From Minisyncoccia bacterium (GTDB lineage Bacteria > Patescibacteriota > Minisyncoccia > UBA6257 > JAAZHW01): a stretch of DNA of 64,000 bases. This document shows, one piece after another, positions 7,645-17,333 of this stretch. The number at the start of each line of letters is the position of its first letter. Within the stretch, counting starts at the first letter, position 1. The notes under the pieces are model-generated. The model had not been told where the DNA came from. It made no database searches and worked only from the letters and a program-made list of their open reading frames with translations. The translations under genes were made by a program, and so were the position numbers. The stretch covers positions 20,015 to 84,014 of the forward strand of contig JBNASH010000035.1 in the NCBI GenBank assembly GCA_049720475.1. Reading direction: 5' to 3'.

Positions 7645-10600
7645 TTATCTAGGAATAACCTCTTTCCATTCCGGCGCCGCTGCTCTGACATCAATCTTTT
7701 GGGTAATACTTTTAATCTCGTTGGCTGAATTCTTAACAGTAAGTGTAACATTTTTCGGACCAACACTAGTGAAAATAACTGTCGGATTAGGATCAGTGGA
7801 TGTAGCAATGTTGGCTCCTTCAAAACTCCAACTCCATGTCTTTAGTGATGTTCCTTTTGGCGTTAATGATCTATCAAAGAATCTTGTCTCTTTGCCAACA
7901 ACTGGGGTAAAAGGATCCCAAACAAATTTCGGAGTTAACTCTGTTACATCCTTAACTTTAGCAACAATTGATGTTTGGCTGGAATGGCCTTTTGAATCAG
8001 TAACGGTTAAGGTTACAGAGTAATTGCCTATAGTATCGCCGATTACCAATGGCGAACAACTGGTTTTATTTAAAGATGGATTTTCCGCTACTGCCCATTG
8101 ACAAATTTTTATGTCTCCATCTGGATCAGTAGAAGCATTATATAGAGTAATGGTTGGGGTATTATTATCTCCATCTATTGTGCCACTACAATTAGTCATA
8201 TCATCGGCCACACAACCAATTTTTGCTGTTGGAGGATTATCGCCAATTTCTGCTGGTGGAATAACTGGCGTTGGCGTTGGTGTTGTGCCAAATTTCAAAC
8301 TAAAACTTATTGAACCGCTTTGTGGACAAGTTAAAGCATTGCGTAATTCTACACCGATAAAGTTATCGGGACCACCGCTAATATAAGAGATGTAATAAAC
8401 ACCAGGCGGCACAGCTGAAAAAGTATAAGGTACAATATTGCCAGTGAGAATAGTCGGACCAATCAAAAGATAAGACAATTTTCCATTCCACGGCTGATTA
8501 TTATAAAGAGCTGTCACATCAATTTGACATAGATTTAAAGTTGAAAAATCAAGATAAAAAGTAACATTATCAGCTGGTTTAATTACCCTGCTCTGGGATT
8601 CTAAACCAACAAAAGAAGCATTAGTCGGACCACCTGATTGATAAATAAGAGAATACAAATCACCCTGGGCGTTTTGAATAGCCACATTATAGCTTTGAGG
8701 CTGAGTGCCGGAAATAACTGTAGGACCTGATAGAGTGTAATTAACATTACCATTCCAGACTTGGCCATCTAAACGAGCAACAATATTGATAGTGGCAACT
8801 TGAGGAACTACATTAACAGTAACATTACTACTGGCATTATTGTTATCACATGAAATAGAAAATGTTGTTGATTGAGTTAAATTAGCGATTTGTTTACTTC
8901 CTGAGGTAGCAACATTACCCGTCCATTGAGCATTAAAAGGAGTACTTGAAGCTGTACAACTGCTCACATTTACTGACGTCCACGTTAAAGTTGTATTAGC
9001 ACCCTCTGAAACTGTAGTTAGAGAAGCATCGATAGTAACAATTGGGGTTTTGGGTTTTCCTATACTCACAGTAACACTATCTGAAACCGATGTACCATTT
9101 GTTGCCTTGCAGGTAATGATAAAAGTGGTCGAAGTAACAATATCAGGAACAGTATAACCGGCATTAACTGTCATTACATCCCCATTCCAATAAGTGTTCG
9201 CTGGGTTGGCACTAGCCTTACAACTAACAACATCTTTTGAACTCCATGCCAAAACTACATCATCCCCCTTATCTATCCAAACCGGACCATCAACAAAGTC
9301 ATGACCGGGCGATTTCTGAACTTTCAAATCAACTGAAGAATTATAAGTAGCAATATCCACCTGTACCGGATCAGATAAAATATAGCCACTCCCCTCTCCT
9401 ATTAAACCATAAGTAATTAAATAAAAATTGGTTGCTGATTGAGGATAAAGAGTAAGTTGCCCTTCGTATGTTTTTTCAAAAGCAGTAACGGTTTGGGCTT
9501 GAGTAGAAGAAATTAAACCAAAAAGTTTTTGGAAAATATTCTTTACTGAGAAAGAGTTCGCCGGTTCAACATTGCTAACAGAAGTAACTAAAGGATAAAT
9601 CTGATTAGGATGAAATGGACAATCTGATGCATCACCCTCTGGCTTGCAAGTAGCATTGCCAATAACTAAAGCAATTATAGGCGGATTTGTCGATGATGGG
9701 ACAGAAATCCTAGTGTTATAAGGACAAACACAACCAGCTGGCGCAAAAGGATCCCAAGCATTATAAGCACCATAAACCCAATCACAACCATGAGCTAAAC
9801 ATTCTTCTTCGGTGGGATATGTTTCTAACGCCTCAGCTTTTTTATTTAAATTAAACAGTTGGCTAAGATTATTTTTGATTGATTCGAAACTAAACTGCTT
9901 TGATGGAGCGAGAAATCCTCCATCCCAACCTGGCGGCGGCTCGTTAGGATTTTCTTGACGTGTTTTTGGATCTCTCTCTGGTTTATTACCTCCGCCTCCA
10001 CCTGTTGAACTAGAGCCAGGACCATTAATTATTTTCCAATGCAAAGTAACTGGCTCGCCGATTTTTGAAATTTTAGTTTTATCAATGGAAAAATCATAAA
10101 TCAGCGTCCTTTTAGCATCAATAGTTGAATATCCTTCCCATTTTCCTCCTCTTATACTTACCTGATGCTTATATTGCGCCGAAGCGGTTCCTTCGGTTGC
10201 TGATACAGAAATAGCGGGATATGAAGAAGGAGAGCCGCAGGGTTTACCCGAGATGAAAGCAAACCTTGATAATTCTTGGCTATCTTGCAACGCCACACTC
10301 ATCGTACAACTGGAACAAGAATTCTGAAAAGTATAAGAAGAGGCTTTCTTTACAAACCAAGCAGGCCGAAAAGCAGAATTATTCTGGGCAGGATAAAAAC
10401 AGATTTGAGTTTTTAAATTCGAACCCGGACAACTACCGGTTTCAAAACTTGGCAATCCAGAAGTATAAAAATTAATATATTCATTACCAAAAGAAAAAGA
10501 TTTGGTTATATTAGACGAATATGTTGAAGAAATATTATAACAATCGCTGCGATAACTTAGATTAGCGTTATCATTAGAATAAGTTAATGAGCTTGGAGAG

Positions 10601-10965
10601 CATACTGGTGGAGTACTAGCTTCAGTACAATAACCATTGGGATAAACTGTAATTATCCATTCGCAACGATTATCTGCATTACAATCGCTTTGATTTGTGT
10701 AAGCTTGGCAATAAGTTGGAGTGGGGGTTGGAGTTGAAGTTGGAGTTGAAGTTGGAGTTGAAGTAGGAGTTGAAGTAGGAGTTGATGATTCAACACATTT
10801 TTGTGTTTTTGAATCCCACCAGCAACCAGCATCAAGACAATCTATTTTATTAGTAAAAGAAGAACATGATTGCGCTTTAATCTGATGTTTAATCACTATC
10901 CCAGCGACCAAAAAAACAAAAATTATTAAAATAAACAAAAAAGGTTTATTTTTAAAGATATTCAT
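7645..10965 (-). CDS. large secreted/surface protein with Cys-rich modules, Ig-like repeats and C-terminal PKD domains
   Basis: Signal peptide ending IKAQ, PTST repeats, TLTWTS-C-ASS Ig-like repeats, PKD motifs STDPDGDI, YSVTLTVTDSKG, WSWSFEG...NVTLTVKN; C-terminal WKEVIPR. Confidence 0.85.
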   Translation of the reverse strand: MNIFKNKPFLFILIIFVFLVAGIVIKHQIKAQSCSSFTNKIDCLDAGCWWDSKTQKCVESSTPTSTPTSTPTSTPTSTPTPTPTYCQAYTNQSDCNADNRCEWIITVYPNGYCTEASTPPVCSPSSLTYSNDNANLSYRSDCYNISSTYSSNITKSFSFGNEYINFYTSGLPSFETGSCPGSNLKTQICFYPAQNNSAFRPAWFVKKASSYTFQNSCSSCTMSVALQDSQELSRFAFISGKPCGSPSSYPAISVSATEGTASAQYKHQVSIRGGKWEGYSTIDAKRTLIYDFSIDKTKISKIGEPVTLHWKIINGPGSSSTGGGGGNKPERDPKTRQENPNEPPPGWDGGFLAPSKQFSFESIKNNLSQLFNLNKKAEALETYPTEEECLAHGCDWVYGAYNAWDPFAPAGCVCPYNTRISVPSSTNPPIIALVIGNATCKPEGDASDCPFHPNQIYPLVTSVSNVEPANSFSVKNIFQKLFGLISSTQAQTVTAFEKTYEGQLTLYPQSATNFYLITYGLIGEGSGYILSDPVQVDIATYNSSVDLKVQKSPGHDFVDGPVWIDKGDDVVLAWSSKDVVSCKASANPANTYWNGDVMTVNAGYTVPDIVTSTTFIITCKATNGTSVSDSVTVSIGKPKTPIVTIDASLTTVSEGANTTLTWTSVNVSSCTASSTPFNAQWTGNVATSGSKQIANLTQSTTFSISCDNNNASSNVTVNVVPQVATINIVARLDGQVWNGNVNYTLSGPTVISGTQPQSYNVAIQNAQGDLYSLIYQSGGPTNASFVGLESQSRVIKPADNVTFYLDFSTLNLCQIDVTALYNNQPWNGKLSYLLIGPTILTGNIVPYTFSAVPPGVYYISYISGGPDNFIGVELRNALTCPQSGSISFSLKFGTTPTPTPVIPPAEIGDNPPTAKIGCVADDMTNCSGTIDGDNNTPTITLYNASTDPDGDIKICQWAVAENPSLNKTSCSPLVIGDTIGNYSVTLTVTDSKGHSSQTSIVAKVKDVTELTPKFVWDPFTPVVGKETRFFDRSLTPKGTSLKTWSWSFEGANIATSTDPNPTVIFTSVGPKNVTLTVKNSANEIKSITQKIDVRAAAPEWKEVIPR
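10729..10785 (-). repeat. 12-bp tandem repeat encoding a (PTST)n linker
   Basis: About 4.7 copies of GGAGTTGAAGT(T/A) on the + strand. Confidence 0.85.
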
Positions 10966-11122
10966 AATAATTAATTATTAAAAATGACCTTTGTTCATCC
11001 TTTTTATTATACTTCAAATAAAATTCTAAAACAATCAAGTTATGCTGTGGATATTATTCCCCTGAATTTTCCTAAATAATATTACAAATTACCTCCTAAA
11101 AAGGTTAATTTACTAGAAAAAT

Positions 11123-11150
11123 AAAAAAGAGGAGCTAAAAAGCTCCTCTT
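11123..11150 (-). terminator. intrinsic terminator of the beta-barrel gene
   Basis: AAGAGGAGCT/AGCTCCTCTT inverted repeat followed by a T-run on the minus strand. Confidence 0.8.
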
Positions 11151-11168
11151 ATGATATAATTTAGTATA

Positions 11169-12011
11169 TTAAAATCTATAAGCAACTCCCATTTGAACCA
11201 GAAAATGAGAAAAAGTCCTCGTTCCAAGTTCCTCATCATCAAAATAAATTACATCTTTTCGTTTTTCTATTTGAAAAGAAACTGGTAAAGAAAAATTACC
11301 TGCTCTAAATTGCAAGCCACCGCCAAATGTAAAAATAGTACCCGCCTTTAAATCAGTCATCTCAATAGAACGCTTATCCGAATAATACACACTACCTTTT
11401 GTCCCATCTGGATTAACACGCCAAAAAGTCCGTGTCCCCTGACCAAATTTAAATTCCCCATGGAAAATCAAATAAGGAATTCCGTTTTCCAGCACGGTGT
11501 AATCAATGATTCTAATAAAACCACCATCTGTTTTTCCAGCCCATTTCTTTACACTAACCATTCCAAAAGGAGTAATTCCCATTTTTTTGGAAAATTTCAA
11601 TGTGAAGAGATTTAACTTTACCTCTGCTCCTATATACGGAGCAGTTTTTAACACAGTTAAATCATTTCGGGTGACATCTTTAAACAAAAAGTCCCCGAAT
11701 CTATCTTCCAACCAGAAATAGTTGGACCAAATGGTTTCCTGCCAGAATTCTTTTTGAGTCTCTTTTTTTACTCCACCTATAACTCCCACATAGAATCCTT
11801 TAAAAATTCTTAACCGGAATGCCAATCTAATATCGGGATTATAGGTTTTCTCAACGATATCATTCGGCATGTTCCATTTATGTACCCAAAACTGTCCATA
11901 ATCAACTTCCAGCTCCCAGCGATCCTTTTTCGCCTTTTCCTGAGCTTGAGTCGAAACGAAAAGAACAGCCACCAATAAAATAATACCCAAAAAAACTAAC
12001 ATTTTTTTCAC
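11169..12011 (-). CDS. putative outer-membrane beta-barrel protein (about 8 strands)
   Basis: Sec signal ending TQA-Q, alternating amphipathic strands, C-terminal beta-signal QMGVAYRF; GTG start with SD GGGAGG. Confidence 0.7.
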   Translation of the reverse strand: MKKMLVFLGIILLVAVLFVSTQAQEKAKKDRWELEVDYGQFWVHKWNMPNDIVEKTYNPDIRLAFRLRIFKGFYVGVIGGVKKETQKEFWQETIWSNYFWLEDRFGDFLFKDVTRNDLTVLKTAPYIGAEVKLNLFTLKFSKKMGITPFGMVSVKKWAGKTDGGFIRIIDYTVLENGIPYLIFHGEFKFGQGTRTFWRVNPDGTKGSVYYSDKRSIEMTDLKAGTIFTFGGGLQFRAGNFSLPVSFQIEKRKDVIYFDDEELGTRTFSHFLVQMGVAYRF

Positions 12012-12026
12012 TTCACACCTCCCTTT

Positions 12027-12079
12027 TCTGCCTTGTTTGAATTTGTTTTTCGTCTTTTGACGAAAAACAGCAAGGCAGA
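12027..12079 (-). promoter_or_regulatory. long hairpin in 5' leader just upstream of the SD
   Basis: TCTGCCTTG/CAAGGCAGA outer stem and GTTTTTCGTC-tttt-GACGAAAAAC inner stem. Confidence 0.65.
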
Positions 12080-12102
12080 TTTTATTTTCAAATTGCTACT
12101 TT

Positions 12103-12132
12103 AATATATAAACATTTTTAAAACGATGTCAA
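12103..12132 (-). promoter_or_regulatory. sigma70-type promoter of the beta-barrel gene
   Basis: TTGACA followed 16-18 nt later by TATATA/TATATT on the minus strand. Confidence 0.55.
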
Positions 12133-12426
12133 GAACATACTCGTTAAAGTTTTCTTTATAAGCTAAATGGGCTTAAATTTATTTATGACATTAATGAAAT
12201 TTTCAAAATGTTCTATTTTTAACTACTTGACTTTATTTTAATCTTTTTATAAACAATACTTTTATTTTGTTTTGAAATATAAGATCCGAACTAAAAATTT
12301 TTAAACACCACCAAATGGCACTTCCTCTTTTTCTCCTTGTCAAAAATTTACTGGCGAAGAAAAAGTGATAATAAACGTGTCTTTTTTTAATTCTTTTTAT
12401 GATTTCTGATACAAATTTTTTGCAAA

Positions 12427-13503
12427 TTATTTTTTCTTTTTACAAATTAATTGTTGATAAATATTTATATGTCTATTAATAATATTTTTTAATTCTAATT
12501 TTCTTATTGAACCAATTGGTTTAAGGGGAGCCTTCTGATAAACTTCTATTAATGCCTGTGTAAATCTTTTTGGAATTTCTCTTATTTCATTGTCGGATAC
12601 TTTATATATAGTAATCTTATCCCATTGTTCTTGATAAAATCCGACATCAGAAACAACAACATGACAACCACAATCTTTGGCTAATTCAATCTGACCGCTA
12701 TGTGTTCCCCATTTGTATGGCAAAATAATGGCATGTGACTTTAAAAATGCTCTTGTTATTTCTTTATTTGAAATTTCTGGCTTTGAAATTATTCTTATTC
12801 GCCGATTATTAGAAACTATTTGATAAAAATTTAATAATTGATTTTTTAATTTACAGTATTGTTTATCTTCGTATAAATTTATTGGTTTGAAAATTAATTG
12901 GAGTTTGGCTTTTTTTAAACTGCTACATTGTAGAAAATTTATAATACTTTGAATATATTCTTTATTTTCTCTAAAGTCTCCTATAAGATATGTGAATAAA
13001 TTTTTATCCTTTCGGCATGTTCTTCTTAATCTTCGAACTTCATCTGGATCAGCTATATATCCCGCTGGTATCACTTCTATAGGAAGATGGGGTCTCCCCC
13101 AATTATTTTCAATCCAATTCTTGGCCCCTACAGTCAAAGTTATAAGTTTATCTGCATATCTAAATAATAATTTTTCATATTTTCCTTTTTCTAAATTTCT
13201 AATTCTTTGAGGTTTAAGACTGTGCACAGTCCAAACAATTGGCTTTTTTATGGATTTAAAATAATCAAGCAACTTTTTAAATTGAGAAAGTGGCAACAGA
13301 TTAAAAGAAAAATGAATATGAATAATATCATACGCTTCGGAAGGAAAATTTTTCTCAAGATATTCAGGAAAAGCTAACCCTTGTTCGAAAAAATCAGTAT
13401 CTGGATTAACAAATACTATTGGAGTCTTATTCAATTTGCTCATATATGGGTGGCGCGCGGGCAGACTTAAAACTCTTATAATTTTCTTATGTGACATAAG
13501 CAT
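12427..13503 (-). CDS. GT-B fold glycosyltransferase (GT4-like)
   Basis: RVLSLPARHPY, DIIHIHF, PIVWTVH, AIILPYKWGTHSGQIELA-D-G, VVVSDVG. Confidence 0.8.
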   Translation of the reverse strand: MLMSHKKIIRVLSLPARHPYMSKLNKTPIVFVNPDTDFFEQGLAFPEYLEKNFPSEAYDIIHIHFSFNLLPLSQFKKLLDYFKSIKKPIVWTVHSLKPQRIRNLEKGKYEKLLFRYADKLITLTVGAKNWIENNWGRPHLPIEVIPAGYIADPDEVRRLRRTCRKDKNLFTYLIGDFRENKEYIQSIINFLQCSSLKKAKLQLIFKPINLYEDKQYCKLKNQLLNFYQIVSNNRRIRIISKPEISNKEITRAFLKSHAIILPYKWGTHSGQIELAKDCGCHVVVSDVGFYQEQWDKITIYKVSDNEIREIPKRFTQALIEVYQKAPLKPIGSIRKLELKNIINRHINIYQQLICKKKK

Positions 13504-13512
13504 TTCGTTTTA

Positions 13513-14991
13513 TTAATACCCCTTGGCAAAAAGAGCAATTTTTCTAGTAGGTTTTTTAGAATAAATACACAGACCATCAACCTCATTTATATCTAATATA
13601 TCTAAAGGAATACATCGAATGCTTGCTTTAGTTATATTTTTAATCTTTTCTTCAGTTTCGACAGTTCCATCCCAATGAGCAAATACAAAATTATGGTTAT
13701 GTATTTCTTTTTGAAAATTTTTCCAATCTGATACTTTTTTTGTTTTTTCTTGTCTGAAATTTTGAGCGCGTTTGTATAGATCTTCTTGAATAAGATTCAG
13801 TATTTGTGGTACTTTTTGATTAATCTCACCAATATTGATACGCATTTTTTCGCCAGTATCACGCCGCACCACAACAACGCTTTGACTTTCCAAATCTTTC
13901 GGACCTATTTCAAAACGAAGAGGAACACCTCGTTTTTCCCAGTAATAATATTTTTCGCCTGGGTGAAGATCTCGTAAATCAACCTTAATTTCTCCATTAA
14001 CAATTTTCTTCAAATCAGTAACTAAACTTTGGGCATTTTGTAAAACAATCTCCCTCTGATGATTATTATACCAAATAGGAATAATAACTATTTGAATAGG
14101 TGCTATTTTTGGAGGTAGTACCAAACCTTTATCATCACCATGGACCATAATAAGAGCTCCTATAACTCGAGTACTCAATCCCCAACTAGTCTGCCAACAA
14201 TATTCTTTTTTGCTGTTTTTATCAACAAAATGAAGATTAAAAACTTCAGCAAAATTTTGACCTAAATAATGTGATGTGGCAAATTGCAAAGCTTTTCCAT
14301 CTTGCATCATTGCTTCTAATGTATAAGTGCGAACTGCTCCGGCAAATTTTTCTGCTTCTGACTTAAAACCAGGTATTAAAGGGATGGCCAAGTATTCTTC
14401 CCCGAATTTTTGATACAAAGCCAAAATTTTTTGCGCAAACCCTTCAGCTTCCGAAGAAGAGACGTGGGCGGTATGTCCTTCTTGCCATAAAAATTCTGTC
14501 GTTCTTAAAAATAAACGCGGCCTCATTTCCCAACGAATAACATTTACCCATTGATTTATTAAAATGGGGAGATCACGGTATGAATGAATCCACTTCGCCA
14601 TTGTTGGATACATAATTGTTTCAGAAGTTGGTCTTATAATTAAAGCTTCTTTCAATCTTTCTCCGCCAGCATACGTAACCACTGCCACTTCCGGAGAAAA
14701 ACCCTCTAAGTGTTCTTTTTCTTTTTTAAGAAATCTCTCTGGAATTAAACTAGGAAAATAAACATTTTCTACTCCTAACTCTTTAAATTTTTGATCAAGA
14801 ATTGCTCTAATTTTTTCCCAAATAGCATAGCCGTACGGCTTTAAAATCATGCTTCCTCTTATTGGTCCGTATTCGGCTAAATCTGCGGCTTTAACTACAT
14901 CTTGATACCATTGCGAAAAATTTTTACTTCTTGGAGTGATTTTTTGATACGATTGCTTCCACTCCCAATTTTTATTCGTTGAATGTTGCAT
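13513..14991 (-). CDS. proS: proline--tRNA ligase (archaeal/eukaryotic-type)
   Basis: FSQWYQDVV, IRPTSET, RWEMRPRLFLRTTEFLWQEGHTAH, TSHYLGQNF, SWGLSTR, C-terminal FAKGY. Confidence 0.96.
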   Translation of the reverse strand: MQHSTNKNWEWKQSYQKITPRSKNFSQWYQDVVKAADLAEYGPIRGSMILKPYGYAIWEKIRAILDQKFKELGVENVYFPSLIPERFLKKEKEHLEGFSPEVAVVTYAGGERLKEALIIRPTSETIMYPTMAKWIHSYRDLPILINQWVNVIRWEMRPRLFLRTTEFLWQEGHTAHVSSSEAEGFAQKILALYQKFGEEYLAIPLIPGFKSEAEKFAGAVRTYTLEAMMQDGKALQFATSHYLGQNFAEVFNLHFVDKNSKKEYCWQTSWGLSTRVIGALIMVHGDDKGLVLPPKIAPIQIVIIPIWYNNHQREIVLQNAQSLVTDLKKIVNGEIKVDLRDLHPGEKYYYWEKRGVPLRFEIGPKDLESQSVVVVRRDTGEKMRINIGEINQKVPQILNLIQEDLYKRAQNFRQEKTKKVSDWKNFQKEIHNHNFVFAHWDGTVETEEKIKNITKASIRCIPLDILDINEVDGLCIYSKKPTRKIALFAKGY

Positions 14992-15006
14992 AAATATATT
15001 TTAATT

Positions 15007-15180
15007 TTAAATATTAAATCTTTTTCCGACTGGAATTAGTGTTTTTCTAAATGGGGATTTAAAAATCGCGATTCTTTCACTCCCCACCACCTCTACCTGT
15101 CCCCTTTCATCAACTATTATACCACTTTTTTCTGGAATTGCTAAAACAGGGGTTTTAAAATGAAAAAGAAAATTTTTCAT
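15007..15180 (-). CDS. candidate 57-aa small protein (below ORF-track cutoff)
   Basis: Manual translation MKNFLFHFKTPVLAIPEKSGIIVDERGQVEVVGSERIAIFKSPFRKTLIPVGKRFNI*; fills the cysS-proS gap; GAGAG upstream. Confidence 0.45.
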   Translation of the reverse strand: MKNFLFHFKTPVLAIPEKSGIIVDERGQVEVVGSERIAIFKSPFRKTLIPVGKRFNI

Positions 15181-15217
15181 TTTTTTACTCTCATCAAAAA
15201 TTTTTTACTTTTTAAAC

Positions 15218-16639
15218 TTAATTGTTTAATTTTTTAATAACTGGGCCGTTGGGTGTGTCCTCTACCCAATAACCTTCTTTTTTAATTTGTTCTCTAATTT
15301 CATCAGCTTTTTCAAAATTTTTCTGCTGGCGGTATCTTTCGCGTTTTTTCACCAATTCTAAAATTTTTTGGGGAATTTTTTCTTCTTTAATTTCGTTAAT
15401 TTTCAATCCCAAAACTTTATCAAAATTTAGAAGTAATTTATATTTCTCGCCAGCGGAAATTTTTTGTTCTTTAATCACCTGCCACATTATGGCCAAAGCC
15501 TGTGGCATTTTTAAATCATCATTGATAGCCTGTAAAAATTTTTTCTGATATTGCAGGGCTTCTTTTGAAAATTTTTTATTTTTCTCTTTCACTGCTTCCC
15601 TTTTTATTTCGCGCACTTTTTCATAAAGATTTTCCAAAGCATTTTGCGCAGCCATCAACCCATCCCAATAAAAAGTTAACTTCTGGCGATAATGAGTGTT
15701 TAAGCAAAAATAACGATAAGCCAATGGATTAATTTTTTTCTTAATGAGATTATTTAAAGTAATAAAACTACCTTCTGATTTTGACATTTTGCCTTTGTCC
15801 AAAACCAAAAATTCGCCATGCAGCCAAAACTTGGCTAAAATTTTTTGATAAGCCGCTTCGGCCTGCGCAATTTCATTGGTATGATGAATTAAAATATGAT
15901 CGATGCCGCCACAATGAATATCAAAAGGGATCCCCAAAAATTTCGAAGCCATAACCACACATTCTGTATGCCAACCAGGAAAACCTTTTCCCCACGGCGA
16001 ATCCCACTCCATTTGCCGCTTTACTCCTTCGGGTGTAAATTTCCAAAGCGCAAAATCAGTTAAACTTTTCTTACCTTCAATTTGTTCAATTCGCGCATAT
16101 TTCTCTAAATCCGACTCTTTTATGTGTTTTTTTAAATTTTTCGGCCAGAGTCGGCCATAAGTTTTTAACTTGGCAGTATCAAAATAAATTCCATCTTTAA
16201 TACGATAAGTAAATCCTTTTTTCTCCAAAATTTTTATTAATTCAATTTGATCTTTAATTGTTTCTGTGGCCTTCACCCAAATATCCGGCTCTTCAATATT
16301 TAGATTTTTCAGATCTTTTTTGAAAGCCTTTGTATAAAATTTGGCAATTGCCCAAGCGTCCCGCTTTTCTTTTTTGGCAGCTAACTCCATTTTGTCTTCT
16401 CCGCTATCAGCTTGTGAAGTTAAATGGCCCACATCAGTAATATTCATCACGTGTCTAATTTTAAAACCATTGTATCGCAAAACTCTTTTTAAAATATCTT
16501 CAAAAATATAAGTTCGTAAATTGCCGATATGTGCATAGGAATAAACGGTTGGGCCGCACGTATAAAGCCGCACCAATTTATCTTTTAATGGCTTAAAAAT
16601 TTGTTTTTTGTGTGTTAAAGTATTGAAAAATTTTATCAT
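15218..16639 (-). CDS. cysS: cysteine--tRNA ligase
   Basis: [37 protein letters not shown]. Confidence 0.97.
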   Translation of the reverse strand: MIKFFNTLTHKKQIFKPLKDKLVRLYTCGPTVYSYAHIGNLRTYIFEDILKRVLRYNGFKIRHVMNITDVGHLTSQADSGEDKMELAAKKEKRDAWAIAKFYTKAFKKDLKNLNIEEPDIWVKATETIKDQIELIKILEKKGFTYRIKDGIYFDTAKLKTYGRLWPKNLKKHIKESDLEKYARIEQIEGKKSLTDFALWKFTPEGVKRQMEWDSPWGKGFPGWHTECVVMASKFLGIPFDIHCGGIDHILIHHTNEIAQAEAAYQKILAKFWLHGEFLVLDKGKMSKSEGSFITLNNLIKKKINPLAYRYFCLNTHYRQKLTFYWDGLMAAQNALENLYEKVREIKREAVKEKNKKFSKEALQYQKKFLQAINDDLKMPQALAIMWQVIKEQKISAGEKYKLLLNFDKVLGLKINEIKEEKIPQKILELVKKRERYRQQKNFEKADEIREQIKKEGYWVEDTPNGPVIKKLNN

Positions 16640-16676
16640 TGCTGTATCAAAATTTTAGCAAACTATTATTGCTTTT

Positions 16677-17333
16677 TCAATTACTAAAAAAATAGCCAAT
16701 TTTTAAAGCATCTTTTTTACTAAATTTACCAACATGCATTCTTTCAAGTTCTTTCAAATAACCGCCGGTTTTTAATTTTTCGCCAAGATCACGCGCTAAA
16801 GATCGCACATAAAATCCTTTACCGCAAATAATTTTAACTTGCAAATAAGGCCAGCGATAACTAATCAATTGGATTTTTTTAACCTCAACCTTTCGTGGCT
16901 TTAAATTAATTTTTTTCCCTTCTCTTGCGTATTTATATGATTCTTTCCCTTTAATTTTAACAGCGCTAAATAACGGTGGCGTTTGCCAAATTTTCCCCTC
17001 AAAACTTTTCAAAATTTTTTCAATTTCTTTTTTGCTTGGTTTTTTTAAAATTTTCACTTTTTCTTTTTCTCCTTCTTCATCATCAGTTTTACTTCTTTCG
17101 CCTAATTTTATCACAGCCAAATATTCCTTTTCTTGTTGTAAAAATTCGTTTAATTTTTTAGTAGCAGACCGGCCTACGCCAACAACCAAAACCCCTTTTG
17201 CCAAAGGATCCAAAGTGCCGGCATGACCAACTTTATCTTTTACTTTTCTTTTAATAATATTTAAAACATCAGCCGACGTTAAACCCTTTGGCTTATAAAC
17301 CGCAAAAATTTTTCCTTTAAGTTCTTCAAACAT
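16677..17333 (-). CDS. truB: tRNA pseudouridine(55) synthase, short form without C-terminal PUA domain
   Basis: KVGHAGTLDPLAKGVL, QTPPLFSAVK, CGKGFYVRSLARDLG. Confidence 0.95.
   Translation of the reverse strand: MFEELKGKIFAVYKPKGLTSADVLNIIKRKVKDKVGHAGTLDPLAKGVLVVGVGRSATKKLNEFLQQEKEYLAVIKLGERSKTDDEEGEKEKVKILKKPSKKEIEKILKSFEGKIWQTPPLFSAVKIKGKESYKYAREGKKINLKPRKVEVKKIQLISYRWPYLQVKIICGKGFYVRSLARDLGEKLKTGGYLKELERMHVGKFSKKDALKIGYFFSN

Noticed and set aside
11046-11056. TGTGGATAT DnaA-box-like site suggesting oriC
   Set aside because: Single mismatched box; no cluster and no dnaA/dnaN nearby.
12290-12420. Possible gene remnant downstream of the glycosyltransferase (…FSSPVNF*QGEKEEVPFGGV*)
   Set aside because: Too short, no start or recognisable motif; cannot support a pseudogene call.
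15020-15115. T-box riboswitch upstream of proS
   Set aside because: The start GATGAAAGGGGACAGGTA is reminiscent, but there is no GGTGGNACCGCG T-box, no terminator, and the region is too short.
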